64,000 nucleotides of DNA from the human T2T-CHM13v2.0 reference genome, Homo sapiens. Below, in pieces: positions 1-12,990 of the stretch (within the stretch, counting starts at the first letter, position 1; each line of letters begins with the position of its first letter). Position numbers and translations under genes: made by a program. The notes below the pieces were generated by a model. It had not been told where the DNA came from. It saw only the letters and a program-made list of their open reading frames with translations, and did no database searches. The DNA lies in NCBI RefSeq assembly GCF_009914755.1, contig NC_060928.1; one strand, written 5' to 3'.

Positions 1-309
1 TAAGAAACTACCTGAGACTGGATAATTTATGAAGAAAAGAGGTTTAATTAACTAACAGTTCCATGGACTGTACAGTAAGCATGGCTAGGGAGGCCTCAGG
101 AAACTTACAATCATAGTGGAAGGTGAAGTGGAAGCAAGCACTTCTTCACATGGTGACAAGAGAGAGAGTGAAAGGGGAAGTGCTACACACTTTTAACAAC
201 CAGGTCTCATGAGAAAGAACTGACTATCATGAGAACAGCAAGGCAAAGTCAGCTCCTGTGATCCAACCACCTCCCATCAGGCCACTCCTCCAACATTCAA
301 ACCATGTCA
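1..309 (-). mobile_element. MSTA-type MaLR LTR, truncated by the window start
   Basis: cctgagactggataatttatgaagaaaagaggtttaatt...ggaggcctcaggaaacttacaatcat...aaccatgtca matches the reverse complement of MST/THE1 LTRs as I recall them. Confidence 0.85.
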
Positions 310-427
310 GGGACTCACAGACTTTGGCCATATGCACCAGTAAACACTCCACAAAGGGCTATCAAGTGGAGAATTTGTCCATACCAGTATTCCAGCTCCC
401 ACTCTACAGTCAGTGGACTCAGACACT

Positions 428-730
428 TTCCTTTCTTTCTTTTTTTCAGTCATGGTCTCATTCCGTCACCCAGGCTGGAGTGCGGTGGCACGATGACAGC
501 TTACTGCAGCTTCAAACTCCTAGGCTCAAGTGATCCTCCCACTTCAAACTCCCTAGTAAGTGAGACTACAGGCACAAGCAACAATGTCCGGCTATTTTTT
601 TTTTATTTTGTGTAGAGATGGGGTCTACTATCTTGCCCGGGCTAGTTTCAAAATTCTACGTTCATGTGATCCTCTCACCTTGGCCTCCAAAATTGCTGAG
701 ATTACAAATGTGAGCCACTATGCCTGGTGG
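428..730 (-). mobile_element. Old Alu (AluJ-type)
   Basis: T-rich tail, then caggctggagtgcggtggcacg...ggctcaagtgatcctccc...gagccactatgcctgg. Degenerate TSD gtggactcagacact / gtggctcaggcact. Confidence 0.92.
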
Positions 731-734
731 CTCA

Positions 735-1225
735 GGCACTCTTACTGGTTCTTATTTGGCATATCCAATTAATATTGCTTACCAGGCAGACTTACATGTC
801 TTCCTTTTTGTGGAATTGGGTAGGGGAAACATTCCCGAGTCAGATACAGTATCCATTTTCATAAAACATTTAGGTAAAGGAGTCACAACTACTTTACATA
901 AAGCCTGTTTTAAACATTCTAACTTTCATAATCCTATATCTAGCAGTTTTAATTATACCTATTAACTACTATTCTAATTCTTAGTAACCCTGATTTTTAG
1001 TGAAAACCCTAGGATTAGTTAATTTATCATAACATGACTTTAAGATTTTTTTTACTGAAGAGAATTTTGAAACTTGTTTTATTTATCAAAGATTGCCAAA
1101 GTCATGTATACTAAAAGGCATTTGAGCTAGTTTCTATTTTTCTGATACAATATTTGATTTAAGCACTGAATTTTTATTTAAGCCAATTTATCAGAGCTCT
1201 TTCATATAATTTGGCAGTGAAATCA
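735..1225. mobile_element. Probable ERV1 (MER4-group) internal fragment
   Basis: Motifs aaaaggcatttgagctagtttctatttttctgata and aagccaatttatcagagctctttcatataatttggcagtgaaat resemble MER4-group internal sequence; subfamily unresolved. Confidence 0.45.
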
Positions 1226-3489
1226 AAGAGAGAGGGGGAAGGAGTAAGGGAGGGGAGAGGAAAAAGGGGAGGGGGGGACCTGTAGAAAGAAAAAGAGAAA
1301 AAGGAGAATGAGAAACAGAAAACTCTTCTCCCTTCTCCCCCAAGGCATTTAATCACCTCTGAGTGTTACTTCAAGTGTTTCTTCCTTTTCAGAGCAAGAT
1401 CCACCTATTAGCCTTGTATTATGCTGCAGAGGCAAATCTTTGAACAGAACAGAAATAGATTACTGACATAAGACAAAAAAAAGTGAATGAAGAGATAAAA
1501 TAATTTGGATTTTATTGACCAAAATCCAAGCACTCTTAATGTCCAAATCTGCTCTTAGATGACTGGAGTTTAATCTCTTTTGTGACTGTAACAAATATAA
1601 TAGTGGGCTAGCAGTGACTGATGTTACAGGTATGTATCCAGATGCACAGAACAGCACGAAATTTATTTCTAAGAAGTCCCACATAATAAATAAACAGAGT
1701 TGCTATTATCATTATTACTAATAAGTGACATAAATAGAAAAACATGCTTTCAAATATTCTATCCCAGATAGTAGAGTATTTTTATAAGCAAAATATTAGC
1801 TTCACAGATTTGTTGTTCCTGGTTGCTGAAGCAAAGAATTCAGGCAAGGAATTGGAGGAATTTGTTTCTCAACCTTTTCCCATTAATACCTAGTCAGTAT
1901 TTGATCTTGGGCAAGTGCCCCAACCTCTGAATTTTAGATTTTTTCCAATTTAACTTACTTGCCTAAAAATATTGCAAACAAGATAACATTTTTATGAAGG
2001 AAAAATACTCTATGGAAAGCAGTATAGAGGATAAAGTTTCATTTTTGCCTATACTTATAATAATAATTGGACTTAAAATAATAATTTGGACTCTTTCATC
2101 AGGAATAAACTGCCTACTTCATGAGTTCCTATATAAATAAATCTAATATTTTCAGTTGTTGTTCTTCAGAGTCTTTAAATTACATTGTATTTTTTATAAA
2201 AATAATATTAATTTCATCACTCATTATTCTTCCTTATATGGGGTTCTCAATATTAGAAGCTTTCTTTCAAAATTTATAATCATTCCTTGATATTATTATC
2301 ATTTTATAGATAAAATGACCTTGAGTTTAGAAGATTTAATTAACTTGTTCGAAATCATTGAAGAACTAGAAATGTATTCCTATTATGTGAGATTATATCC
2401 AATATGTATATAGCCCATGGCTACAAGGAGAGTGGAATCTGGTAGCAAAGAAAAGTTCAGATGTAACTGTTACTACAGTTGAAGAGAGATAGTGGTAAAC
2501 ACTATAAAAGTAAAATAGAAAAAAGTAAAGAAATATTGGAAATAATAGAGATTATCTCTACATATAGGGATCAAGAAGAAGCTAAAATTTGAGAAGGATA
2601 TTAAAGGGTCTGGAAATATAAAAATGCAGAGGCAGAGAAATATCAATTTGACTAGCAGAGCCTTAATGATACATTTGTGGAAATAAAATTAAGAGATGAT
2701 ATTTGGGACATTCTGTACATACATTTCTCTTTTGTCTTTTCAAACACATGACTTTGCTCTGGCTGTCTCAGGGTGTTCATATGCCTGGAGTGACAGTGAG
2801 ACTTGTTCTCATGGAAAGGAAAATGGAGAACTGAGGCAAGATTTATAATATGCAAAAAGGAGATGTTTTTGTCAAAGTGATTTTAAAAACAAAAGAAATA
2901 TCTAAAATTATTTATCATCCAGTGATCATCTCAATGACTAAATTAGAGGGACTTAACTCATCAAATTTCTTCCGTAATGTAGTAAACAGAACTTTTTCTC
3001 CTGGAGTAACCAAACTATAAGGCTAGCTTCTCCAGAGAGAGAAATATTTGATTTGAGGAAGGAAAAGAAAATCTTTCATGCTGAATCAGTGAGTGTCTAG
3101 AGGAAGAAAGAGAAAGAGGAAGGCAGAGGTGATTAGTTAATAAAACTAAATAGGGGTGGAGTGGGGTTTTGCCCATGGCCTCTATTGGGCTGTCTGGAAA
3201 GAAAACTATTTGCAAACCATCCTGTACTAACCTGATGCACAGTGAGCTGTGCTGTCCTGGGTACTCAAATGTCATACACCAAACAAGACATGGCCAAGGT
3301 GCCTGCAGGTAAGTTTCCAGAGGCAATGTCATGGCAGAGGCAGAGTAGCTCTTTTGTAAGTTTTTCCTGTGAGGGAGCCATATCCAAATAAAAGTCATAG
3401 TGAATTATCAGAGGGTTCAAAGTCAAAGTCCACAAACTAGGAGAATGTGAGTTAAGGCATACTCAGCTAGAGTTACCAGTTTACAAATA

Positions 3490-4250
3490 TAAATCAGAAA
3501 TGTACAAGAGCTACAGTTTCTCTGTATCGTCGTTAATACTTAATATCAATCAGTACTGGTATTGTGAATGAAATAAAAAATGTATATCTATGTATAATTA
3601 CAGCATTCTGGTGGAGATGTAGTGTCTCATTGTGATTTTAATTTGTTTTCTGTGATGACTAATGGTACTGAATATACATTCATATGCTTATTAGTCATTT
3701 GCATATCATTTTTAGTGACACACTGTTTTTCAAATATTTTGCTCATATTAAAATTACATTTTTGTCTTTTATTGGTTTCTAGAATTCTGAATTCAAATCC
3801 TTTTCTGTACCTATATCTTGGGAATATCTTCTAGTGTGTAGCATGCCTTGTCATCCTCTTATGGAAGTATTTTTGATGGCAGAACTTTTTAGTTCATTAA
3901 CTTTTTTCATTTATAGTTGGTGCTTTTGTGTTTTGTTTCAGAAATATTTTCTATCCAAGTTTGAAAAAATATTGTTTTACATTTTTTTCTAGAGGTTTTT
4001 TGTTTTCTTTTGATATTTAAGACTATGATATATTTTAAATTATTTTTGTGTACGCTGTGAGGTAAAGGTTAATTTCACACTTTTCCCTTAAGGATATCTA
4101 TTTGATCAACTACATTTATTGATAAGACTATTCTTTCAGTCTGAATTGTGGTGGTACTTTGCCATAAATCAGGTCAATAAGTACGTGTGGGTATATTTCT
4201 GGATTTTATATTATGCCCTATTAGTTTCTTTGTGCAGAAAGTTTTATTAT
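3490..4250 (-). mobile_element. Old L1 (L1M) ORF2 3' region fragment
   Basis: gtctcattgtgattttaatttg...atgactaatgg...ttcatatgcttattagtcatttgcatatc is typical antisense L1M ORF2 sequence. Confidence 0.8.
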
Positions 4251-6159
4251 AATTTTGTTTATATTTGGTATCAATTGTAATATTTGTGATTTTAAATTTT
4301 CTTCCATAGAAAATAAGTGCAAAATATGTACTTTTTGTACCATTAGTCATTACCTTGTTGTTTTTATTCTGAAATACATATGAATTGTTTGCTGTTAAAG
4401 CCTACTTAATTTTCCATAAGTAATCACAAATTCAGAATCAAAAGGGACATTTCTGCATTTGTTTTATGTATTGATTTATCAATATCTGTCTTTATAGACA
4501 TTGATTTCATGTTCAGTCTGCATTATGTTGTTTATTCACATATTTATTCATAGTCTGTTGTAGGCACTGGTGCCATTACCTCCCACATTCTAATCTAGGT
4601 ACTGATACATGGTATGTGTTCGTATACTATTGATTTGGACCTAACTGAAGCAGAACCTAGGGCACAAGGACCACAAAGTAGAGGTAGGAATGGGCTAGGT
4701 TGAAGGATGAAAATTGGATTCTGGGGATAGGGCCTATGGCCCACAGGAGAGGCCAAAATTTGCATCTTGTGTAATTCCTCACTATGAAAATGCTGAGAAA
4801 TAATAGTGATGCATTGTCCATTCTGAGCAATTTTTTTTCCTCAGAAAGACCCACTGATAGAGACAGATTTTTAATGCTATCATGTGATCTCATTTAAGTC
4901 CAATTATTAAATACTTCTTATTTAAACAGAAGATTTCCCATTTAGAACATGGCTGACACTACAGAACCCCCATGGGAGAAAAAGCTACTAAAAATGCCAT
5001 TAAAAATGTATTGCAAGTAAGAGCTGCGTTTTTCATTTTTTTAAAAAAGAAAATACAAGTTACTTGATGATGGTATCAGTTTGCTTTGAGTAGTTTTTTA
5101 TCACAGATTTCAAAGGGAGATTGCTTTGAAGCACACCTTTGCTGAGACATAAAAACAAAATTTGGCTAAAGCTGACAGTTTGCTACAGTGGCTTAGTCCA
5201 GAATATAGGAAGAAATAGGGGGCCTTCTCAATTGCAATGAACAACTACCAAGCCTGCCTCCTCCTTTTTACTATTGGGTATGTTGAACATTACACATCTT
5301 TTCTGCTGAGACAGCATAAATTTTGTCATTGGCCTTAAAATTGATGATATTCTTATTAAATTCAAAGAGTATGCTTTAACAGTATCATGTTTGGCTCCCA
5401 AAGAGCAAAATGGGAGGATAAATGTGAATCAGAAAACTCTGTTTTTCAGTAAAACGATTGCGTATGTGGCAAAGGCAATGGCCAATAAGAGTTGATATGT
5501 GGTGGTCATTAACTCTGCACAATATTCTGAAGGAATTTTTCCCCCACATTTTCCTTTCCCAAAAGGAATAACCAGACAGAATTTCAGTAAGCACTTTGAA
5601 TCAGTTATGTGGGTTCTTAAGGAACAATACTCAACAGAATAGTTCAGGTGTCATGAAATAGATCATTACCATTTTCCTAAAGCAGCATAGTAATAAAAGA
5701 ACCAAAAATACAGCAGTTGGGCAAGTAACTGATGGCTGCTTTCCCGGTCTAAAAAACCTAACCATTCTTTAAAGACATAAATTAGAAGATTTCTTGTAAT
5801 CACTCCAATATACTGGATTTTGATGTTTTTGTAATTACGTTATTTTCACCTATTCATCCTACTTAAGCATCTTGCAGATAGAGTCTTGATGCAATTTGTT
5901 TAGTATGACTACAACACCTTTCTAAATATTTAGTATATTGGTTATAGCACATAACACCCAGAATGCCATTACTCTTAATGCATCTGTTCTCAGGGACTGT
6001 GTCTTCTCCTTCAGAATCTTTTTACTCTGTAATTAACAAATAAATATATTTCATGGCAGCGTCTGGTAGAGTCTTGACTTTAAAAGATAGATAATTTCTA
6101 CTGCCGCACAAGTAAGTTTTTATCTACATTAAGGAATCACAAAAGACATTTATCAAAAA

Positions 6160-6628
6160 ATTTAGTCAATCAGGATATTAGCAGAAAACAGGAGGCACAC
6201 TCCAAGAGTCAGAAGAAGGGACTGATTACAAAGATACAAACAGTCAAAAAAAGAAAAAAAGCAAGAAAGGACGGTTAAACATTTGGGGGTCCACAACAGT
6301 GGAAAGACATTACTGTGCCAAAGCTTTGTGGTGTATCAGAACCCAGTGATAGCTGTAGCTGTGGGAGATGGGCTGCCCAATAGTAGCTGTGGACACCCAG
6401 CGAGGAACACAGCTACTGTTAAAATCATGGCTTGGAAGCTGAGGTGTGGTGAAAATCCGTACCTGATAACTTTGTCCTCTTAACCCTGATCTCTGTGAGT
6501 ATTTTTTATTAGTTGAAACCAATAGGATGCCAGAGGGCAAGAGATGCCAAGTGATGTGGTTCTGGGACAAAGATCAGGGCACAGGATGAATTCAGAAGGG
6601 TAAAAGTAAATGATGGGTAATCAGTACA
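6160..6628 (-). mobile_element. ERVL LTR (LTR33-like), 3' LTR of a minus-strand provirus remnant
   Basis: agcagaaaacaggaggcacactc...aagggactgattacaaag...gccagagggcaag. Adjacent atccaccttttcccc (6629-6643) reads as a polypurine tract on the minus strand. Confidence 0.6.
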
Positions 6629-7798
6629 ATCCACCTTTTCCCCAATTAAATTCATTCCTGTTCTTTATTTAGATAGATAAATCTGAAACACAACAGAAAA
6701 ATCCCCCTAAACAGGGGAAACATAAAGACGTATTAATCTCTTCATCACCTTGAGGAGATGTCAATGTAGCTAGAATCCCACCAAGAACCTTAGTTGGAAC
6801 ATTATTGGGCATCAGTGCCCTTCACATAAAAGTATCAAATATCAGGAGTGGATGGAAAGGAGAAAAATAATAATTAAGAGAAAACATAGCCGATTACAGT
6901 GCCTACATGTGTGGCTGACTATAAGGCTTACGTTACAAAGCTCATTGAAATATTTACCTTCCTTCTTTGTTCACCAGTTTCATATTAAAAAAAAATTCTC
7001 TGCCAACATCATTTGGTGAGTTTTGTTTTTTTCCTGGGCGGGGTTGGGGGGGTGTCTCCTGGGCGGTGGTAGGGTGGGGATTAGTTTACATGAATCTTCA
7101 TCCCTAAAGGAACCGAGTACCTACTGGTCCTGTCTTACGTTGCCTTCATTTCCTATTGGCAACTAATAATAGAATGGCTGAGCCAACATGTTCCACAGTG
7201 AGTTGCCTGGGTTTTGAGGGGTCTTTTTGCCCCCACTAGTTGGAAGAAAAAAGTTTCCTTGGCAATTGAATTAATTATTCAACCCATAGCATTGACCCTT
7301 TTCTCTGCCTGTTGGTACATCAAAATGAAAAGTTCATGTTAGCTCGAGATAAGTCTTAATTTCTATTTCAATAGAATCATGATTATGCTCCCTGATGGAA
7401 GCATTAATTCTTTGGATACTCACTTTCCTAACACACTGATGCCACATCTACTTTACTACTAGTGTAATGTAAGAGGGGCTATTCCCACATCTACTTCTTG
7501 TTTCCCAGATCCGTTCATATATTATATCTGCAGAGGGAATGGCACTACTTATTGATTTAAGGCATATTCTACATCATGTATAACAGCATCACAAACAGTA
7601 TCACCACCTACCTAATATCATTATTTAGCCTTTGGCAGCCAGTTTACCACTTTGGCAAAGCAGCTGCTCTCTGAGGAATATAAGACCAGAGAACACCTTG
7701 AGGGAAGCCATTGGTACATTTCCTTCATTGTAATATGTGAAGGAAACATTTTTCAGAAATGTTTCGGAAAATTTGATTTCTTTCTTCCTTTTCATTTT

Positions 7799-7848
<50 letters not shown>

Positions 7849-9053
7849 ATACAGAGATGATGAGTAAGGAATTTTGTTGGTCCCTGAGTAGCAACAATAA
7901 GAGAGTTTGCAGACACAAAGGCAAATCTGTGTTTGGAATATGAATCTATTCCTATGTGTACAACATTTTTGATAAAAGGAGCCTAAAGTAATCAACTTTC
8001 ACCTGGTGAATATCTGGCTTCCCAGGAAATGTTCATATTAGAGGCTTAGTGTTTACTTCTACTTCTGCTTTTAGCATGTTGGATACTCAGCAATATCTGT
8101 GACAAGATCAGCTTTAGTGAAGGGAAATCTACCTTATTAAGCCCATGTACAGCCTCCACCCCTGTCACTATGGCCACTTTGTAAATGGGCCCATTAAATG
8201 AGCAATTTATTGGCCAAGGGTAGAAGCTGACTTATATTTACACAACAGGTAATTTTGTTCACTTGATTAGTGACAACCTTTACTTCATGGTGGAAGATTG
8301 ATGTGGCCCATGAGTGTGGCCCACACTCTGCCCATTCTGAGATGTTTATTCACAACCCTCTCTCCTAGAATCCTTTGTCATTCATCTCTTAATCTGGTTC
8401 TTTCAATACCATGATCAATAACTAACCTGTTATCTTCTGACTATCAATTAATGTAAATTTCATATCAGGTCATTTATCTCTCCTTCCAGATGTCCATGGA
8501 AAGTGGACAAACAGATATAGTGACCAAGATTTCCCATTCCTGTTTTCTAGGATATACTTTCTAACTAGTGGTCATGATGTTAGCATAAGAGATCTGAAGA
8601 AATTGTACTTTTAATTGACATTGCATCTCTACAGTATTTACAATAAGGCTTTGTACCTGATCCACAGTCATGTCTGCAGTCAGCTATGTGAGATAAGCTG
8701 TGTAAATGCTTTCTGCATTTTGAAAAGAAATTTCAGGCTTTGAGTTTATTTGTGTGTGTGTGTTTGTGTTAGTCAAAACCAACAAGCCTATTTCCACTTT
8801 ATAAATCAACAATGTGAACACAGCAACTAAGCACCATAGCAAATTCATCTCCCAAAGCTTCCTTCCACTATGCTCCATCTCATTCCACCTCTGAAAATTT
8901 GAATAGCTATGATTCCACTGTATTCATGGAGTACCAGTGTCCTATTGCCCCCTAGCAAAGAGGTTATCTGTGTGCTCATCAAGTATGTGAGACGTCAATC
9001 CTGAAATGCAAATTTGAGGGTCTGTTTCCTGGCAACATTCCTGGAAAAATTCT
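6629..9053 (-). mobile_element. Internally deleted, decayed ERVL internal region (gag leader and pol/integrase remnants)
   Basis: Minus-strand reads tgggcccatttacaaagtggccatagtgacaggg and cccttcactaaagctgatct resemble ERVL integrase; ccaggaaacagaccctcaaa resembles the ERVL leader. No ORF remains. Confidence 0.7.
7802..7840. repeat. (GT)n microsatellite
   Basis: About 19 uninterrupted GT units. Confidence 0.98.
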
Positions 9054-9530
9054 TGTATCAGCCATGGTTCTGGCAAAAATCATTGACATACTCAAAGAGG
9101 TTATTAAAAATAGTGTAAAAATGGGATTATTTACAAAGTGAGGGCAGGATTAAGGGTAATAAAAGAATAAAGTTCCCAGGAGCTAGCAACAGTTACTAGG
9201 TAACAGTTACCAGGAGCAAGGTTTTGCCATGTCTAGTCTTAAAGGGGAAAAGAAGAAAACATGTTATTGGACTCCGATGAGAGAAGGCACTGGCTGAGTG
9301 TTGAGCATGCAGAAAGGACCCTAACATTATGAACACCGCAGGCCATTAGGAGAAGCTAATGGGCTCTCTCCTGCTCCCCACTGTCCTTCCAGTGCCTCCA
9401 ATGGGTTGACTGCACCTGGACAACAGAGGTCAAGGGATCCTGACAGATGCAATCCATTAAGTTCAGCAACCAAGGTACAGAGAAAGGTGGGCCACAGAGC
9501 TGGGAGAGTAAATGAAGAATGTCCCGTACA
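9054..9530 (-). mobile_element. ERVL LTR (LTR33-like), 5' LTR of the same remnant
   Basis: tgtatcagccatggttctggcaaaaatcattgacatactcaaag...gggattatttacaaagtgagggcagg...cagaggtcaagggatcc, with TG...CA termini. Confidence 0.65.
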
Positions 9531-9744
9531 GAGCATAGATTAATTACATTTTTGGCTAATAAATGAATGTCTTCAGATTAGCATATTTCTGCTTTCTTCT
9601 TTTATCTATAAATCTATATTTTTGTTATTTTAAAACATAATATCCACAGAGTCCTTTGAGGTTGAAACAAAGAAAAGTTTTAAAATTTACTCTACCCACT
9701 GGAATATGGGTCATATCAGGGTGGGAGATACCCTGCTCCAATCC

Positions 9745-10215
9745 TATATTAGTTTCCTAGGGCTGCCATAACAGAGTACCACAAAGTGGGTGGCTTAATC
9801 AGCAGAAATTGATTGTCTCACAGCTCTGGAGGTCAGAAGTCCAAGATGGAGATGTCGGCAGGGTTGGTTCCTTCAGAGGGCTGTGAGGAGGAATCTCTTC
9901 CTAGCTTCTGGTGGTTTGCAGGAACTCTTTGGTATTTCTTGTGTTACGGAAGCATCACCCCAATCTTTGTGCTCATCTTCACATGGTGTTCTCCTTGTGA
10001 GTGTAGTGTGTATACTTGTGTCCAAATTTTCCCCTTTTTAAGGACACCAGTCACATTGCATTAGGGACCCACTCTATTCTCCAGTAAGACTTTGTACATT
10101 AACTTATGTTAAGTTACATCTGTAATGACCTTCTTTCTAAATAAGATCAAATTCTGAGGTACTGGGTTTAGGATATCAATGTAAATTTTGGTAAAACTCA
10201 ATTCAACCCATAACA
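9745..10215 (-). mobile_element. MLT1 (MLT1B/C-like) MaLR solo LTR
   Basis: attagtttcctagggctgccataaca...tctcacagctctggagg...aattcaacccataaca. An L2 3' end follows. Confidence 0.88.
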
Positions 10216-11199
10216 GATCTCAGTGCCTAATACAATGTATAACTCAGAGCAGGTGCCCAATACATGTGTTTGAATAAATGTGTGGGTAGTAAAAGAGTAA
10301 ATTGGAGTAGAAGAGTAGATCAGAACCAATTTATTTATTTATTTTACAATTTTGGGGTGCTCAATTATACTCTGTCCATTAATGTACATCTGATTTTCCT
10401 GAAAACTATTAAGTTAAGATACTTGAACTCTTTTCAAACAGAATCTTCTATTTGCCCCTAATGATTCATTGGTGATATAAGAACTCTTTTGCATGTTGCT
10501 TGATAAATCTTTCTACCTCTGATGGTGCCCACTCAGCCAGTTTTGGAGACAGATAGAAATCTCTCAAGCCCATAAATGTCATTCTGACCTCTGTATGATC
10601 AGTTTACTTCCTAGATCATGAAGTTTGATTTAAAAATTATTGCCTGAGCTGGTTACCTGAAAGGGCTTTTAAAGCTCATAAAATAATTCAATCACTTTAA
10701 AATCTAATTTTGATATTTATCCCAGTGATAACCTGTGCATAAAAACAATTAAGATGATTTTTCCCAACACCCTTTGAGTCATTTACTCAAATTAATTTCA
10801 CTTGCTGTCCTACTGCGGGTCCTGCTACCTATTGCAATTAAATTCAACTTTACTTTCTAATATTCACAGGCAACTTGTTCCTTTCCAGTATTTAAAATTC
10901 ACAGGAAGCCTTGTCTTTTCCAGTAAACACTGTCCAACATTTTTGAATGTGAAAAACAGTGATTCTGAGGTTTTCAGTTTTCCCATCTAATTTTCTCCTG
11001 CCAAATCTAAAGTAACAATAATATGTTTACAAGGTTTTCTGCAGGAGCTCTAGTACCTTACAATGTAGTTTTGTGTAGACAGCCCTGGAGTTGGAACTCG
11101 ATTTTTAAGTTAGGACCCAAGTTAGGAATTTATGTATTAAATATGATAAAGCTGTATATCATTATATATAAGCAAGTATTTAGTTTTATTTTCTGTATT

Positions 11200-11710
11200 T
11201 AGTTATTATTTGATCATTTTGTATTCACGGCAATCCCATTATAAACCCCCTTTAACAGATAAGGACATTTTAAGAGAGATTAATTAATCTACCCAAATGT
11301 ATGACTAGGTAGTGATGGCAGAATTAGATTTAGAACTATCACTGTCTGCACACAGAGTCCACCATACTTTACACCATCATCTACTATTTAAGAGCAACAA
11401 AGTAGGCAGGCTGGACCCTCCTCAAACCAATGCTGGTTTCTATGCCTTGAACTCCCTCTGCATAGATAACTAGGTAACTCCTTCTCTTTTTTTGAGATTT
11501 TGCTTTGACATCAGTTATGCAGAGATACCTTCCTTGCCACATTTGTCATTCTCTTTGGTGAAATTTATTTCACTCATAATTTCTTGTTTAATGTCTCTCT
11601 CCCTCATACGGTGGTAAACTCTTTTAGGAAGGGGTGTCTCTGACTTGTTTACCACCCTATTCCCAGCACAAACTATAGGTATGTGCTCTGTATATGTTTC
11701 TTGATACATC
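11200..11710. mobile_element. Adjacent MIR and L2 3'-end fragments
   Basis: tttaacagataaggaca...agtgatggcagaattagatttagaac (MIR-like); cttgtttaccaccctattcccagcac...atatgtttcttga (L2-like end). Confidence 0.55.
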
Positions 11711-12361
11711 CATGAGAAAAAACACACGTCACTGTGTTTATTTTGCACATGCCCTAGAAGGCAAAGAAACATCCCAGCAAGCCTTATGCTCGGTGTGTCT
11801 CAAGTAAAATTCAGACAGAACAGTCAGGGTTTGTAAAGAAAGCCCCTCCTTTCTCTTCAAATGTTCTGAAAATTTATGCAAGAGATAACAACAAAATGCC
11901 TGTTTTAGAGGCCATTAAGACTCCATGAAATGCTAAAAAAACACATACACATACATAACACATAATACTCTTTTCTACTAAGCTATATAAGATGGATGCA
12001 TTTGATTAAAACAAGAATTAGTACTCCAAAAGGCACTAGCTTGGGTAATATTTTCCATTTTAATTGGGATTCTTATTGTTCACAGCATGTGTTCTCACAC
12101 ACACTGAACCTATGCTTTACATCTCCCACTTTAGAGACCATAGTTTACTTATTGGATCAGACCTATTTAAAATTCACGTTAATAAGGTTGTAATGCAAGT
12201 ATGGATTACAAATAAGAAGTAAAGTGGCTTTCATTAAAACATATGAAAGAATTTGTTCATATTACGATGATTAAGCATAATGAATTAATTTAGGATGCTT
12301 GTTTCTATGGAAAAACCCATAGATACCAGCTTGGCAAATTTCAGCCCAATAACTTCTAGTC

Positions 12362-12990
12362 AAGTAGTTCTTAAAGCTTCCTGAACATCAGAATAATTTG
12401 GGGGAGTATTCATAGGTTATGTCGAAATAAAAATGGAGAGATGAATCTCTAACATTTTATTTGGGAAGAAAGAATTGCAATTCAGGGTGTATATGCAGAC
12501 CAAGCGGTCTTCAGTATGTTTGAAGGACAAAGAGAAGGCTAGAGGTTTTATAAAAAAGAACAAATGTTATGCATGATCTTGAGAAAGTTCATTGGCACTA
12601 GTAAGAGTTTGGGGAGCTGGCAAGCTCCAACTGGTGAATGATGGCAGTGAGCAAAATTAGTCCTAGAGTTGCAGCAAGTTATCTCACAAACTGTAGATAA
12701 AAGTGGTTTCAGGTTATACAACAAGCAGTTTCATCAGTCAGTCTTGCAGAGAATTACATTCTTGGATCAATGTTTTATACCCTGAGTGCTTTCCTCCCCT
12801 GGCTTCTTAATTCTATTTTAGCTGGATATGACAAGAAGGACTCAATTTGTATGATCAGATTTCACAGATAATACAAATGACAGTGGCCTATTCTTTGAGA
12901 TTCTTAGTATATTTGGGTAGGGGCCCTAAAATCTGAATTTCTGAAAAATTTTCCAGTGATTTAGATTGCCATATAGGTTTGGAAATCACC
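12362..12990. mobile_element. MER5-type hAT element split by an LTR insertion
   Basis: agtagttcttaaagctt...catcagaataatttgggg on the left; gggtagggccctaaaatctgaatttct...ccagtgatt...gtttggaaatcac on the right. Confidence 0.6.
12420..12866 (-). mobile_element. ERV solo LTR (possibly LTR47-like)
   Basis: TG...CA termini, ~447 bp, minus-strand AATAAA near one end, minus-strand start tgtgaaatctgatcatacaaattgag. Family name uncertain. Confidence 0.7.

Noticed and set aside
1228-1278. Purine/G-rich tract, also 7035-7080, as possible G-quadruplex or promoter
   Set aside because: Low-complexity runs without CpG enrichment or promoter features; function cannot be supported.
3015-3398. 127-aa minus-strand ORF
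   Set aside because: No recognisable domain or gene context; length is compatible with chance.
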